Shown piece by piece: positions 50,301 through 61,892 of a stretch of 64,000 bases of DNA. A program made the position numbers and the translations under genes. Location: NCBI GenBank assembly GCA_002633005.1, contig NMRA01000090.1, positions 985,453 to 1,049,452 of the forward strand, read 5' to 3'. Source of the DNA: Phoronis australis. Lineage: Eukaryota > Animalia > Phoronida. Below the pieces are notes generated by a model. That model was not told the origin of the DNA. It saw only the letters and a list, made by a program, of their open reading frames with translations, and searched no databases. Numbering within the stretch: the first letter of the stretch is position 1; every line of letters begins with the position of its first letter.

Positions 50301-53158
50301 ATTGGCACGGTGCGCCATTTATACGCCGAGCGAAGTCTCAGAAAATCAGGGCTGAGTTGCATAAAGCTTCAAAAGATATCCGCTGGATAAATTTGATTGT
50401 TGCATGACGTCATGTGCATTGTTCAACACTAACAACGTGACGCGTGATAATGCGACGTCATTGTTGCTATACGGCGTATAACTTTTATGCAACTGGGCCC
50501 AGAAGTTTATTTTCTTTGAAGACTCTGAAAGCACACTTAGTCACCAGAGCAACGAGCAAAGGCAGACTTGATTTGGAGAATAACGGAACGTAAATTTATA
50601 GCCGTTTTAAGTTGAATGCATTATTGACTGAGTGACCATGTAGATTTTCAGATATTTTACCAGTGTACATGTACATGTTTGTGCTGTGGAAGGAGGCCTA
50701 AAAGACCGTCCTGTATCATGAGAACTGATCAATTTCAGACCAGCCATTGCCGTCTTGTACGCATTGTCTTACCAATTGTATGCCATGGTCGCCATCTTTA
50801 TTGTCTGCTTGACGGGAATTTTGAGCAGCTTTGTAATAGGCAAGTGTGCTTTCGTTTCTAATTCACAATTGGAATGCTACTAGTAGAGAAGTTCTTCGAA
50901 GGTGATGAGATTAATGCATTCGAAGACGGGTCCACAGAGAAGACGCTGATCTTTCTTCAGAATTTCTTATGACCCATGGAAACAGCAACACTCTTCACTC
51001 CACTGACATGGATTCACCAGCGCACGAGTAGCACCACGTCTGTAAATCTTTCTCACAAAATTATGCTTGATGTGACCTAATTTCTTATTCTGGTGTGCAA
51101 CTAGGGGGAAACGCAATTTCATTCGATCACGAGCATTTTAAGACGTTGGACATTTTTGTGTGATTCGAGCATGACGGTGGCAAAGAATTTATAAAAAGCA
51201 CTAGTAAGTACAGTGTATTTCATTTCTTTAAATCCGTACACGGGTGCATCTAGCGACAATGCATGTTTCACCATGTCGCCGCTAAAACGGAAAATGGCCA
51301 GTTTGCGTACTTTACAATAGTCTGTGCAATAAAATTTTCTTTTANGCCATGAGTGCAGGTTCAGCGGTCAGTGGTAGCATATGCAGGGGTAACCCCCCGG
51401 ACATTTAATGACTCAATAACCGCAGTCCAACCGAGTCCAACCTAGGCCAGTCTTAGGGTGAGTCACAACCCAACCGAGTTCAGAACGCGTCCGGGCGAAG
51501 CCTGACCTCACTCCGGTTGAAGGTCACCCGAGGCCTGACTGAGGCTGAAGTTCGTTCGATAGGACATTGGATTCGATCAGCACTGTATTCTTCACAGGCG
51601 CGACACCTCTCAGTGACGTTGATGCTTGTCTGATATCGCCATTAGTGGTTCATCTGCACTGCTGGCTATCTAGTGAGCAAAAAGACTTGTTCCGAAAGAA
51701 ACGTGAACTGGTAATGTTGAAACTTTCCTTGTCTCAAACACTGACTTTTGATGCCTACTCTGAAGTTATATATGAGACTGACATCTATGCCCTTCAACAT
51801 GGACGTTACATATTCCCCAACAGGTCATGGAGTGGGCGGTGCACATGGAAATTGTATTAACATATGGTTATTCAGCCGCAGTAATCGTGTTGCATGGCCA
51901 TAATTATTTTTTCCCGCTGACAGCAAAGACCGGTGAGCAACACATACCACGTGACCACGCGCATCTGCCGTCGCCGAACTCTTCCAGAAGAATGTGACTT
52001 CCTGAAACGCTACACTGCCGTGAAAATATGGCATCCACTCAACTTTCAGTAGTCATTAACCAGCGCCAAGGTTTCTCCTGAAACGAGTGGCCCTAGGTTT
52101 GCTCACTATGGTAGGGAACAATAAGACTTGGCCGGTGTCAGCAATTTAGATTTTTGAGAACGATCCTTCAGAGGGCGACAGTTATATGCGTTTCAGGTGC
52201 CCAATTTTGTTGTGGATTTTTACAGTTAAATTTTAAATTCGCTTTTTCACAAACGCGACTAAGTAGTTTTTTTGTATTATGTTTCAGGAACTTGAATAAA
52301 AAATTGTCCATCTATGAAATTTGAAAAGTGAAAGTCACGGAATTAGCCCAATGCATTCTGCTCAGTAAACTGCTTTGTTGATAAGCTTGACATCCAATTC
52401 GTTTACTTTTGTTTGTTGGTAAATCCTGATATTCCCACCAAATAAGTTATACGCTATAGGTATCCGTCAAAAGAAATTACTAATGTGAAATCTTTCAAAT
52501 GAAAAGCCTCACCATGTTTGAATATATGTAGGGACAACGCTGACTGATATCAGAAGGTCAAAAACCATGACCGATATTTTTGAGCTGAAAATATAATCTT
52601 CATTAACTAAAAATAAAACCCAGGAAAATAATAGCTTTGCGAGTCTTTACCTTTGTAAAGCAATAACGACTCTTAGCTTGACGAAATATAACAACGAATC
52701 AATTTGAATAAGCCCCAACATTTCTTCGAAATCTCCACAAAGTTCGAAGAGAGGTAATTTCATCAACTATCTGAAGACAAGTGTGCACGCGCTTGCATAA
52801 TTAGTCTGTCTATGGCTGGGTTTTCACAAGAGGACCCTAGGTTGGCGTATTCTATCCCTGTTGACATGCAGAATTCATTGTTAGTACATTTTTTGTTGGA
52901 CAGATAATCCCCACCAATCATTTGGATGTTTCACTACTCCAGCACCCTCTGTTGTTCATTTCAATAATGTAATGCACAAAAAATATACTGAGCGTTTTGA
53001 TTTCTTAAGGCGAACCCATTTCTTTCTCCTACCTACATTTTCAGGATACTTCTTCCTCGGGTGATCATGAAATGAAGATGCTTGTGCATGTGGCTGAAAA
53101 CAACGTGGCGCCTCCATTGGAGGTTAAGCAAGATGGCAAGATCTTCGAGGACAGATGA
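32221..53158 (+). CDS. SLC5 sodium:solute symporter (SMCT/SMVT/NIS-like), about 636 aa, 14 coding exons
   Basis: Exons 32221-32367, 33283-33474, 35183-35248, 38357-38476, 42268-42428, 43057-43197, 44200-44329, 44723-44811, 45954-46066, 48135-48289, 49087-49355, 50739-50839, 51598-51710 and 53045-53158. Phases are consistent; total 1911 nt. SSS-family motifs include [64 protein letters not shown] and FPGLFAACIFSGALSSVSS..NSLAA. The specific paralogue cannot be assigned. Confidence 0.92.
33283..33474 (+). CDS. SLC5 exon 2 (GC donor)
   Basis: VVPVVLSQVATICSAIAILGTPAEV...FTSILE followed by AG|GCAAGT. Confidence 0.88.
33690..34640 (+). mobile_element. Degenerate relative of the HINE-type repeat family
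   Basis: Shares unit motifs (TTAGTTTTTACG, GGATTTTT.TGAAA.TGGCACA, GGATTCGAC..A...TGCGCCACC) with 13250-14900. Confidence 0.5.
35183..35248 (+). CDS. SLC5 exon 3
   Basis: YFEMRFSKGIRFATFLMVVLVK, flanked by AG and GT. Confidence 0.85.
36700..38195 (+). mobile_element. Decayed non-LTR retrotransposon (LOA/Lian-like; RT C-terminus, RNase H, Cys/His tail)
   Basis: IYAAVIRPVMSYAASVW..QRLACL..AFPGTPPTAMEMLIGLPPL (post-RT region), HWVRDHVGIDGNGNADRLAKTGA (RNase H) and TDHCNLAPH..SPVCPECG. Multiple stops and frameshifts. Confidence 0.85.
38357..38476 (+). CDS. SLC5 exon 4
   Basis: [40 protein letters not shown] followed by GTGAGT. Confidence 0.9.
38693..38928 (+). pseudogene. Frameshifted first exon of a signal-anchor/secreted-protein gene nested in SLC5 intron 4
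   Basis: ATG at 38693 gives MEFLSKYVVALS. A 1-nt shift continues LLLLISLVQVFDRWPQIPKRPKVTIFVDNCG...PFGDYTTLL into a G|GTAAGT donor. TGCGCATGCG lies just upstream. Confidence 0.4.
42268..42428 (+). CDS. SLC5 exon 5
   Basis: [20 protein letters not shown]...RLNFF followed by GTGAGT. Confidence 0.92.
43057..43197 (+). CDS. SLC5 exon 6
   Basis: WNPNPTARHTVWSLAIGG...SQESIQRMQCLPTLRKAK. Confidence 0.9.
44200..44329 (+). CDS. SLC5 exon 7
   Basis: AMLLTGPG...GLVVYAHYESCDPIANKDILLADQ followed by GTAAT. Confidence 0.9.
44723..44811 (+). CDS. SLC5 exon 8
   Basis: VLPFYVMDNFSTITGFPGLFAACIFSGAL followed by GTAAGC. Confidence 0.92.
45954..46066 (+). CDS. SLC5 exon 9
   Basis: SVSSVWNSLAALTLTEV...AKII, phase 2-1. 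Confidence 0.88.
48135..48289 (+). CDS. SLC5 exon 10
   Basis: FTYGLVGICFAF...GGVMVGLLFLGILFPHCSYK. Confidence 0.9.
49087..49355 (+). CDS. SLC5 exon 11 (TM helix + glycosylated extracellular loop)
   Basis: SAYVSSMTASAFMLWIFIGSRIYPP...LPRSTEGC...NESSVDRE. Confidence 0.85.
50350..50499. mobile_element. Short MITE with CAG target-site duplication (PIF/Harbinger-like)
   Basis: CAG|GGCTGAGTTGCATAAA ... TTTATGCAACTGGGCC|CAG. A related end occurs at 63285. Confidence 0.7.
50739..50839 (+). CDS. SLC5 exon 12 (GC donor)
   Basis: PAIAVLYALSYQLYAMVAIFIVCLTGILSSFVI followed by AG|GCAAGT. Confidence 0.85.
51598..51710 (+). CDS. SLC5 exon 13
   Basis: GATPLSDVDACLISPLV...FRKKREL followed by GTAATG. Confidence 0.82.
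53045..53158 (+). CDS. SLC5 probable last coding exon
   Basis: TTTTCAG acceptor, phase 0, DTSSSGDHEMKMLV...FEDR*. An alternative short terminal exon near 52288 (ELE*) is possible. Confidence 0.6.
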   Translation, partial: DTSSSGDHEMKMLVHVAENNVAPPLEVKQDGKIFEDR

Positions 53159-54825
53159 ACTTACGACCAGGGGTAACAACTACCAGGAAACCTGCATAAA
53201 CAAGCCTACCAATGTAGATAGACAGGTTTACAAACTGAGTTATCGCCAAGCCCCGAAATGACCTCTACATCAATTAAACTATATACTTAGATCATTTTTC
53301 TAAGTACAATGTAAGTGGTTTTGAGAGAAATAGATTTTGTGGCAGAACTTAAGGCACACACCTACTACTTTTGAGACCCGTGATGTGGCATTTTTGCCGT
53401 GCCTGAGCATGAAACTTGCATTTTTATCTCCTTGAATCCTGAAAGTCACATTGAAAGTGATTTTTTATTGTAGAGAGCAGCCTCGAAAGTGAAATTAATT
53501 GGGATGCGTGAACGTGATTAAAAATTTTGATCTGGACACGGGGGGGGGGGTTAGTGGAATTGATGGCGTTGGGCCTAAGAATTTGTGATTGGCAATTGGC
53601 TGAAGAATCGAAAGACGTCCAAGCGTATGTGGAGAGGAATTTATAGTAATCAGTCTGTCCCCGCAGAGACTAGGCTTGGCTTCAAGTTGTAGACAAATTT
53701 TCTGACTTATAGCTTTATTAGGCCGATTTTGTGAAACACGCTGAGCCATTTGTAAACTGTTTAGCCAATATCAAAAGACAATGGAATCTGCGAGAAAACA
53801 GCCCCCAGCCGATGAACGAATAGGCGAATTTCATGAGACACGGTTAGGTACTTGCATTTAAATTGAACGTTTTCGACCGTCACCCTGGTTTCTGTCACCT
53901 TCAGGATGGTAATTTTGAATTGCAGTCATGTGATGAAATTTCCGCATTGGACTAGAACAAATCTACTGGGAACTGCAGATCTTGAAAAAATTCAGTCGTC
54001 ATGCATGCTCAAACCGTGACTTTTGAGCTTGTATTTGGAGCAGTTAAATCTATCATGGGGATGTTAAATATACATATTTCAAATGGCAATTATTTTTCTG
54101 AAACTTCTGGGAATAATTAAAATAGCTTTCACTTCATTAATAATTCCGGCTCAAACACAGCCCAGGTGGTTTTAGTTTTGAATATTGTAGGTACCAATTA
54201 AAGATATATTTATTTTACTTGTACATCTTGTATATAGGCATGTCAATACAAGAGACTAGACAAAATTGTTGGCATTTTTTGACATGGATAGAACAGTCCG
54301 CTGTTGATTCTCATTGTAAGTCATACATTTTGCAAAATCTTGCTGTTATGCGTCAGTGTTTTAAAATTCTTTTGACATGTCCAAACACAACGTCGTTTTG
54401 AAATGTTCACAAACTAGGAACATGGAAATTCCGTTTCTAAAAAAGCGAAATAGTATATGTATACATAACAGAGGGACAAGAAAAACAAATAACGTAAATT
54501 AAGAGTTTCCGTGAAAATTTGCAAGAGTTTGATTTTGGAACACGACTTGAAATGTCGCATTCAAGTTTGGTGGTAAATTTTCGTCCCTCTGGCAACTTCT
54601 TACACATCCATGAATTTAAAACAAGTTTCTACTGTTTTATTTTTCTTCCATTAAGCTGCAAAAATGATATCAAAATTTTCACTTTTTGACAATAGGGTGG
54701 GTCATTTTAAACGCACTTAGTCGTGACTTTGTAAATATTGCACGGAAACATTTGAGAACGCATGCTTGTGTCAATAATTAAGGAACAATTGTACTAGAAA
54801 CTGCTGGTAAAATTTTGTAAGTGAA

Positions 54826-55364
54826 TTAATGGTACGGGACCTGTTTTCTGAACCTCTTTTTCATCAAGCACGAAGGCTTAGATGAACAATCGTTGACATT
54901 AACTGAACAGTTTCTGCCTTCAAAACCAGGAGGACATGAGCACTTGTAGTCGCCAATGCCATCAACACAGATTCCGTTGTTAAGGCATGGGTTTGTCGCG
55001 CACTCGTCGATGTCTGTTTCGCACTGCTTTCCAATGAACCCTGTCGGGCATATGCATTGGTAATCGTCCGTTCTGTCTACGCATGTTGCTTTGTTCTTGC
55101 ACGGATTTGACACGCAGTCATCCACATTATTCTGACAGAGATCGCCATCAAATCCCACTATGCACGAACACGTGGCCTTGTCACCCGCAGCGAAGCATGT
55201 ACCGCCGTTGCTGCAGGTCACCGTTTGGCAAGGATCCAGGACTGTCTCGCAGTGAACGCCAGAATAGCCCCGAGGACACGCACACTTGTAAGACGTGGTA
55301 TAAACTGTCGTATTAACTTGGTCCTGACATGTTCCACCATTTTTGCAAGGATCACTTGTGCAAG
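54826..55364 (-). CDS. EGF-repeat exon (Notch/Delta/fibropellin-type; 4 complete EGFs + a truncated 5th)
   Basis: Acceptor TTTTTTCAG with its AG at 55366-55365. Frame CTSDPCKNGGTC...CPRGYSGVHCE..CSNGGTC..GFDGDLCQNNVDDCVSNPC..TDIDECATNPCLNNGICVDG..GFEGRNCSVNVNDCSSKPSC, stop at 54826. Confidence 0.88.
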
Positions 55365-56902
55365 CTGAAAAAACGGGACACGCAAAATAGGCCTACTTGT
55401 AACCAACGTTCATGAACAAAACAAGAAAAAAAAACGTGATGAGGCACCTGGTGGTACTACTTTTTTTCTTACAATCCATTTTCATGGAGAAAGAAATAAT
55501 GATATAGAGATCTGAAAAAAAAAACAGTCTCCAGTTCCAGCATCAAACCTAAAATGTTCCAATTGGCCGGTACAGAAAGGTTTGACAATCAGATTGTTTA
55601 CTTATTCATCATCTTTGTATATTTAATATACACAAAATTGGACTGTTAAGAGGATAAACAATACTGAAGGGTGGGTGGGGTTAGCAATAAAAATTTGACT
55701 TCGCCAAATACCCACCTCCCCCATCGCCATAACTTCCACACGCTGTGTTATCACCAATTTTGGACCCCCCTCACAGGCGTGCGGATTTGGCTGTTTGAGG
55801 TGCATATCCTGGTAAGGCGGCCTCCAAATACTTGGGCACCCATTCTTCAACATCATATTACGCGCGCTACGCACTTAGGTTATGATTTTGACCTTTAAAG
55901 GTGCAAATGTAACGACTAAGCAACTGTACTGCGGCTGAGAACGCTGGAGAAACACCATGAGAAACAATTTCACCCGCTCGAGATTGTGTACACGGACCAT
56001 CGTCTTGTAAACTTCGATTATATTTTCGTCTATTTCTTAAAGTTGAAATGAAGCCCAGGATCAAGATTCACTTTAATACAGTCGTGTTTGGGGAAAGTTT
56101 ATTTTATGAGAGTCATGATTTGAAGGTACTCTTTGGCAAGGTGAGGTTCCAGGGTCCGTGATGCACTGCCTTAAGTACTATTTCAACATCCCTACTTGAA
56201 ACCATAGGCACATAAAGTGTATGGATGGCAATCGGATTCCCGAGTTTCTGATAGGCGAAATTCACCAAATGACGCCAAATACTTCTGAAACACCAATTTC
56301 TCAGATGTTCTTTTCAGATTATCCAAAATCTAGGGCATTTGTTTAAGAGTCAGATGATAGAACCCAAAGTTCAACCTGCCTCTAAGTTCATTGAAGTACC
56401 GCCAATCTCTTACAAGAATGTAATTGTAAAAATATCATCCTACGAATCAGTCGATTGTTCACGGGCGGCACAAAAAATGGGGGGGGGGGCGCTATAGCCC
56501 CCCTGCCCCCTATGGTGCGCCGCCCATGTGTTGTACATGCAGAAACACATACATGTAGATCTGAAACCAATGAACCTTTGCAGGTTACCAGAAGAAATTA
56601 TCCACCATACTTAGGCCGTTGATCTTGAATTAATCAGTTGTTATATTGTAAGACTTTCTGAAATTCGTAACTCTATGTAGAAATGTGTAGGCAATTCCTG
56701 AAGGCATGTAGCAGGCAGGTACTTGGCGAGCAACCGATATAGCACGGGAAAGGAGCACCACACGGAGTCTGCTGGTCACCTCACAAGGAATTTTCAGACT
56801 AAATTTATCCGTGTTAACATGAGTTCTGGCTAATTCTCATGGAAGCATGTTACGATTTATCAATTAAATTAATTTGCACTTTAGAAATCTCAGAAAGCTT
56901 TA

Positions 56903-57643
56903 CCTTTGCCATTACATGTGGTTTTAGCACCTTTATGCGTTAGACATATACACTAAATACGGTCATCAAAAAATCCCGACAGTCTGGTTGACATGTGTGA
57001 GTCTCGTACGAATATTTACTTCCCCATTAACAAGTATTCGTATTAAAAAGAATGTTCAAATACACAATTCTTGGAATACTTTGGCAAGAAGTATTATGCT
57101 ATCATTACAAAACCACCGATAATCTTGTTTTGTGTAATTCACAAATAGTTGTCTTTAAGTTCTTTAAACCTTGACGGTCATTAATTTTACTTCATTTTCA
57201 AAACAATCTCACATTTTGTTTGTTGAATCCGCATGGCCTAATGCAGCTATGCTTCACGTCAACACATTCCATATTTCTTTCGGTCAAGTTAGAATAGTCT
57301 TTGTTGATCGTCGAGAATTTTTGACCGTGTCAGATTTAAAGGGTTGCAAATGGGAAATTTCAGTGCGCCATCACTCTAAGACAGGACACCGCCTGAAAGC
57401 GGGTCCCTCCTTATGAAGGTATTCCTTAGCACAAAATGTACGATTTCACAAGAACGCGAGGCCTCTAAATAAAAACGAATGTGTTGTTTGAAGCAGGAAA
57501 TGAGCTGCAATTGATGCTACAGTGTACCACCAAGACCCTTCTCCGTTAGGTGCCCAATTAATATCAAGTGTCATACAATTTCAAGAAATAACGGAAAAAG
57601 AGAGCGACAGGTGACTATGTCATCCATTGCAAAAGAGGTGTCC
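56903..57643 (-). pseudogene. Degenerate MAM C-terminal / Cys-rich exon-like segments between the MAM and EGF exons
   Basis: After TTTTAG the frame reads DTSFAMDDIV (like MAM IAIDDI). Frameshifts and stops follow, then CQPDC..DD..C...G.K..CNGK ending at a GTAAAG donor. No continuous ORF. Confidence 0.35.
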
Positions 57644-59145
57644 TAAAAGAAAAATGAATGGAGTGTCTTGAGTAGAATGAAACGATCTGAATCAACTTGT
57701 TGCTCTTCAAAATCTGTGCATAGCAAGTTTTGTTTTTTTCCGAATTTATCGAAGTACGTATGAGTACGAGCACAATTTCAAGTGCATTTAGACTACAGTG
57801 CATGTATTAAAGTCCTAGTTAGGAACTCCGAGGAGTTTATCCAGCACTTTTTGTTGACAAATGTTCTCTTAAAATGTCTCTCTTCCACATATTTCACTGT
57901 TTTTCTTTATTCGACTGCACCCTTCCCCAGGCCCTGCGCCTCTGCCGATCGCCATGGATTCACCATGTCGTCTTCAAATCATTGCGTGTACCCGCCCCCA
58001 CTTCTTACGGACTCGTGCAAAACTGATGTAATTTGCCTTGTGTCTTGTATTCACTTTTGAAGCTTTCGGTTTAATATGAAACGCTTACGTTATGAGGTGT
58101 ATAATCGACAGTATGGCCGTTTTGTTTGCCCAGTAATGCCATGGTTAACAACTAGACTCACAATATTGTATAAAAACAAATGAAATCAGCTGCAAGCTTC
58201 CCAGCTCACTGTCGTCAAGCGACGTAGCTAAGACGTTCGTAGGCAAAAACGATGCTATGTTTTTTCACAGGAGGGTGAACGTGGCGACTAATTTGACTTT
58301 GATAATTGTTCATATCCAGACATAAAGAAAGCTAAAATCGAAGTTACGAACAATATTAATTTCTAGAAAAATGCCGGACTGGCAGTATCAGTAGAAACAC
58401 ACTGCAAACACATGAATCGTGTTATACATGTAGGACAGTTAAACATTAGATTGATACGAACGGACACTGTGTTCTGGTTGTCGTGCTGTCTATATTAAAA
58501 CTGCTTGTATTTGTTGAACAATTACCTACCGCAAGCTAGTAGCGAAACATCATCCAAAACGTGACCGCCATACACTGTTTGGACATTTGTTGCTCGAAAG
58601 ACTACCTGTTGGTAAAAGAAATTGAGTAAGTATATCGTAGAAAACACTGGCAAGGACGTCAGCCTGATTCTTTTCATTTAGCTGACTGTCACTTTGTTCA
58701 AGTGATAACTACCAAGTGCGCTCGTTGAATCATGTTTGTTTCCCGCAATCCTAATCTGACTCCTGTGATATACATGTAAGCCTGTCAATCAGTAATAAAT
58801 ACAGATTATTACATGGCGAAGTCGTTATTCCCCGTAATTTGGTGCCCCAGAGGATTTTTGTCCAGGAATAGAAACAAGTTGACCAAAGAAGTCCATTCAA
58901 ATAAGTATTCCACAATTTTAGAAAAAGGTGGTCTCATTTGGACTCATTATTTGTTGGTGACAAATGTTCCCACCATGACCCTGTGTCTCAAAAGGAATTT
59001 TATTATTACATCTTAACAGATTTAATAGCCTTTTGTACACCTGTTGCTACAAAACAAGCTAAAAATTTAAATATATATTTTTCTGTTATCTTGTTTGTAC
59101 GCAATGGGTGGAAGACTATGGTGGGCCGTTGAGGGGAAAGTTTCG

Positions 59146-59543
59146 CCGTAAAATTACGCTCGTAATTACGAGCGTAAGTTAAATTGCAAAAGTGTTGCAG
59201 TAAAATTACGCCCGTAAATTAAATGGGGGAAATGTCGCCGTAAATTACGCTCGTAAAATACCTTAAGAACGTTCCAAATTTAAACCAATCAGTGATGACC
59301 TAACATATCCGACTGTTGCTGGACAGCTCGTTCTTGCACAATCGCTGACATGGCAGCAGCGATTTCATCCGCCATGATTCAGCGCTCGTATCGTAGACAT
59401 GAAATCCGTCAGTAAATAAGTATTTCTATGAGCCCGCGCGATCGTGGATTGTAAAACCCAACGTCATTGGCAAAGAGTTTAAACTAAATTACGAGCGTAA
59501 TTTTACGCCGTAAAGAATTAAGTTACGTTCGTAATTTTACGGC
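59146..59543. mobile_element. Foldback/MITE-like element with repeated AATTACGCTCGTAA subterminal motifs
   Basis: GCCGTAAAATTACGCTCGTAA at the left and TTACGTTCGTAATTTTACGGC at the right, with several internal copies. Confidence 0.6.
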
Positions 59544-61632
59544 ATATTGTGTTTAGACTGTGTTCATTCCATCACGGCAGTAGTGAATAAGAGTAACTCA
59601 GGTTTGTTGTGGCCTTTGCCAGCAATTATTAAGTGTCTATTTTGTGAGTATTGAACACCCCTTGGTAGAGTTGGTTGTGGCTCACATATGTCATTTCTCG
59701 TGCAAGTGGGTCGAATTCATACGGCCTCAAAGCCGACGAAAGTTCGCTAAATGGGAAATCGAATTCATTGTCTGATTCTTCAAGTACTTGAGTATGCTGC
59801 CCGTATCCACTCCCCTCTCTGTCTGCATAATAATTGTCCAATTCTAGCTCAATATTGTCATTGTCTTCTAACCAGCAGTGTTCCGACATTGCAAATGATT
59901 GTCAAGCGGCCAACCGTCTTCCACCCATTGCATCATTTGGTGGGAAACTTAGAAATAAATAAATTAAAAAAGTTGCAACTATTTTGCATAAAAAGTGCCT
60001 ATTTAGTAAGATTTTATGATATTCGATTCATAATAGCAAACTGAAACCTGAAAAAGTAAGAAAAAGTATGGTGGGAACTCTTAAAGTAGTGTTCTCATTT
60101 TTCTTCATGACGAAATGTTTTCATGTGGCGTTCTGCGTAAAGAATAAAGAAAGAGACACCGTTTCAGTCCAGAAAATAGCCTTGGAAACATTTCAGTCTC
60201 GGCCGCACTAACACTCGACTTCTTACTAACTAGAAATTAGGAGAAAATGCAAATTTAAATCAATACAAGGCGGAATTACAGTTTTCGGCGGAAATGAGTA
60301 AGGCGATATAATATTTTTGTACTTGGCGCAAGCCAAATTCACCAACTTCACTCATGGGAAAGGCGTTGTACATGTAAAAGGTGCATGATACGTATATTTT
60401 AAAGTAAGTTAAACATGTCAAATTTACAAAGAGTCAAACGCGTCTGCTTGTACGTCCTCGTCCAATCCGAGCAAAAGCTCCCAAAGTATTTTATGAAGTC
60501 GGTCATATTACATGTACGTTTAACACCTACGAATAAAATTTCTATTTGTCCCTGGTTGCGTGTTTCCAAAAGAAATTATTTTGAGTTGCGCATATATTTT
60601 ATGATCAGTAACGTGAGTTGAAGCGAACTTAATTTTAGCTTGCACGTAGTAGCTCTAATTGCTTTCTTAGTCGACTTGCGTAGTACTGTAATTGCTGTAG
60701 GGTAACTGAGTTCCGAATAAATTCCACGGGTACTCCCAAAGAAAAGATTTTTCGGAACATGCCGCTCAGAAGAGTCGTATTTTCACATTTTTCATAGTTA
60801 CAGGCTGTCTGTTACAAGTTGTATCATAGGAGCGCAGTATGCCCCAGTGGTCGCACTGCCTCCTCTACAAAATTCCCATATAAAGTTCAGTTTTCCAGTT
60901 ACACACATGTTCATGTACAGAAGGGCTTTCGAAATCAATATTTTAAACTTGCTTCAAATGGAGCCAGGGGCGGATCTAGGATTTTGAGTNAATGACCAGA
61001 ATTTCGACAGATGCACGCGCCCAGCCTAAATGTGGGGACGCAGAGGCCTCGAATGTTTGGGGTTGTGGTACTGTTGACTAAAAAAACGGTAAACGGGGTT
61101 TGTTAAGTTTGTTCAGGGCCTATGCGTTGTTTGTTCACCCCCGAGGAGCCCCTGCTTGCGCGCACCCGAACTCCCGAATGGTATCTGGTAGAATTTTAGG
61201 GGGGGGGCATGGCCCTCTTGCCCACCCTAAATCCGCGACTTGGGGCACTCGTTTTTGACAGCATGGCATCACTTCCTTTACTGTTTCGGACTAATAATGA
61301 TTTAAAAAGCTCTGTCGGAGTATCTGCACGATCATGCAAAATTGGAACATTTCGAAAACAACTACTAATAGCGTTTTGTAGATTAGTGCGTAAAGCACGG
61401 TAACTGAAAGCAGATATGGTTACAATCAGCCATTTCTGAGAAAACACGTTCCAAAGTTCGCCAAAGTGGTAATTTTTCTAGAATGTTGATCAAATTAACT
61501 GGCTTTAGAAATAAGTTACGATGCTGCTGTCGCAATGGTTAAGTCACGGGTATAATTCTGCTGGTCAAATATTGTTCTTTACTTTAAATCGAGTGTCTGA
61601 AGAACACATGCTGCTTGCAAATGCCAATATAC

Positions 61633-61892
61633 CTTGTACGGTGTGGTGGTAAGTTGAGATACGTCGACAAATGCCCTCTTCCAACTGTTGCCCTGTTCTC
61701 CACTTACAGAGAATACATTTACTTCTGTATTGCCTTGAGAGATAGAAACAGTGAGAGGGCCCAGTCCTTGAAAGTCCATGAAGTAATAGAATTCCAAGGC
61801 ACATCCTCTGTATGAAGACAGCTGTGACGTGAGAGTGGTGTTCTTGTTGACAGTTGATTTGTATAACTTTCTTGCCGCAAACATTGCCTTAC
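61633..61892 (-). CDS. MAM-domain exon, probably of the same gene as the EGF exon
   Basis: AG and GT flanks. TLTSQL...CALEFYYFM...GPLTVSI...VFSVSGEQGNSWKRAFVDV...PYK fits the MAM consensus (C.L.FYY.M...L.V...G.QG..W...V). Confidence 0.8.

Noticed and set aside
54826-55364. Calling the EGF gene Notch or Delta
   Set aside because: No LNR, ankyrin or TM segment and no intact DSL domain. EGF repeats alone are not diagnostic.
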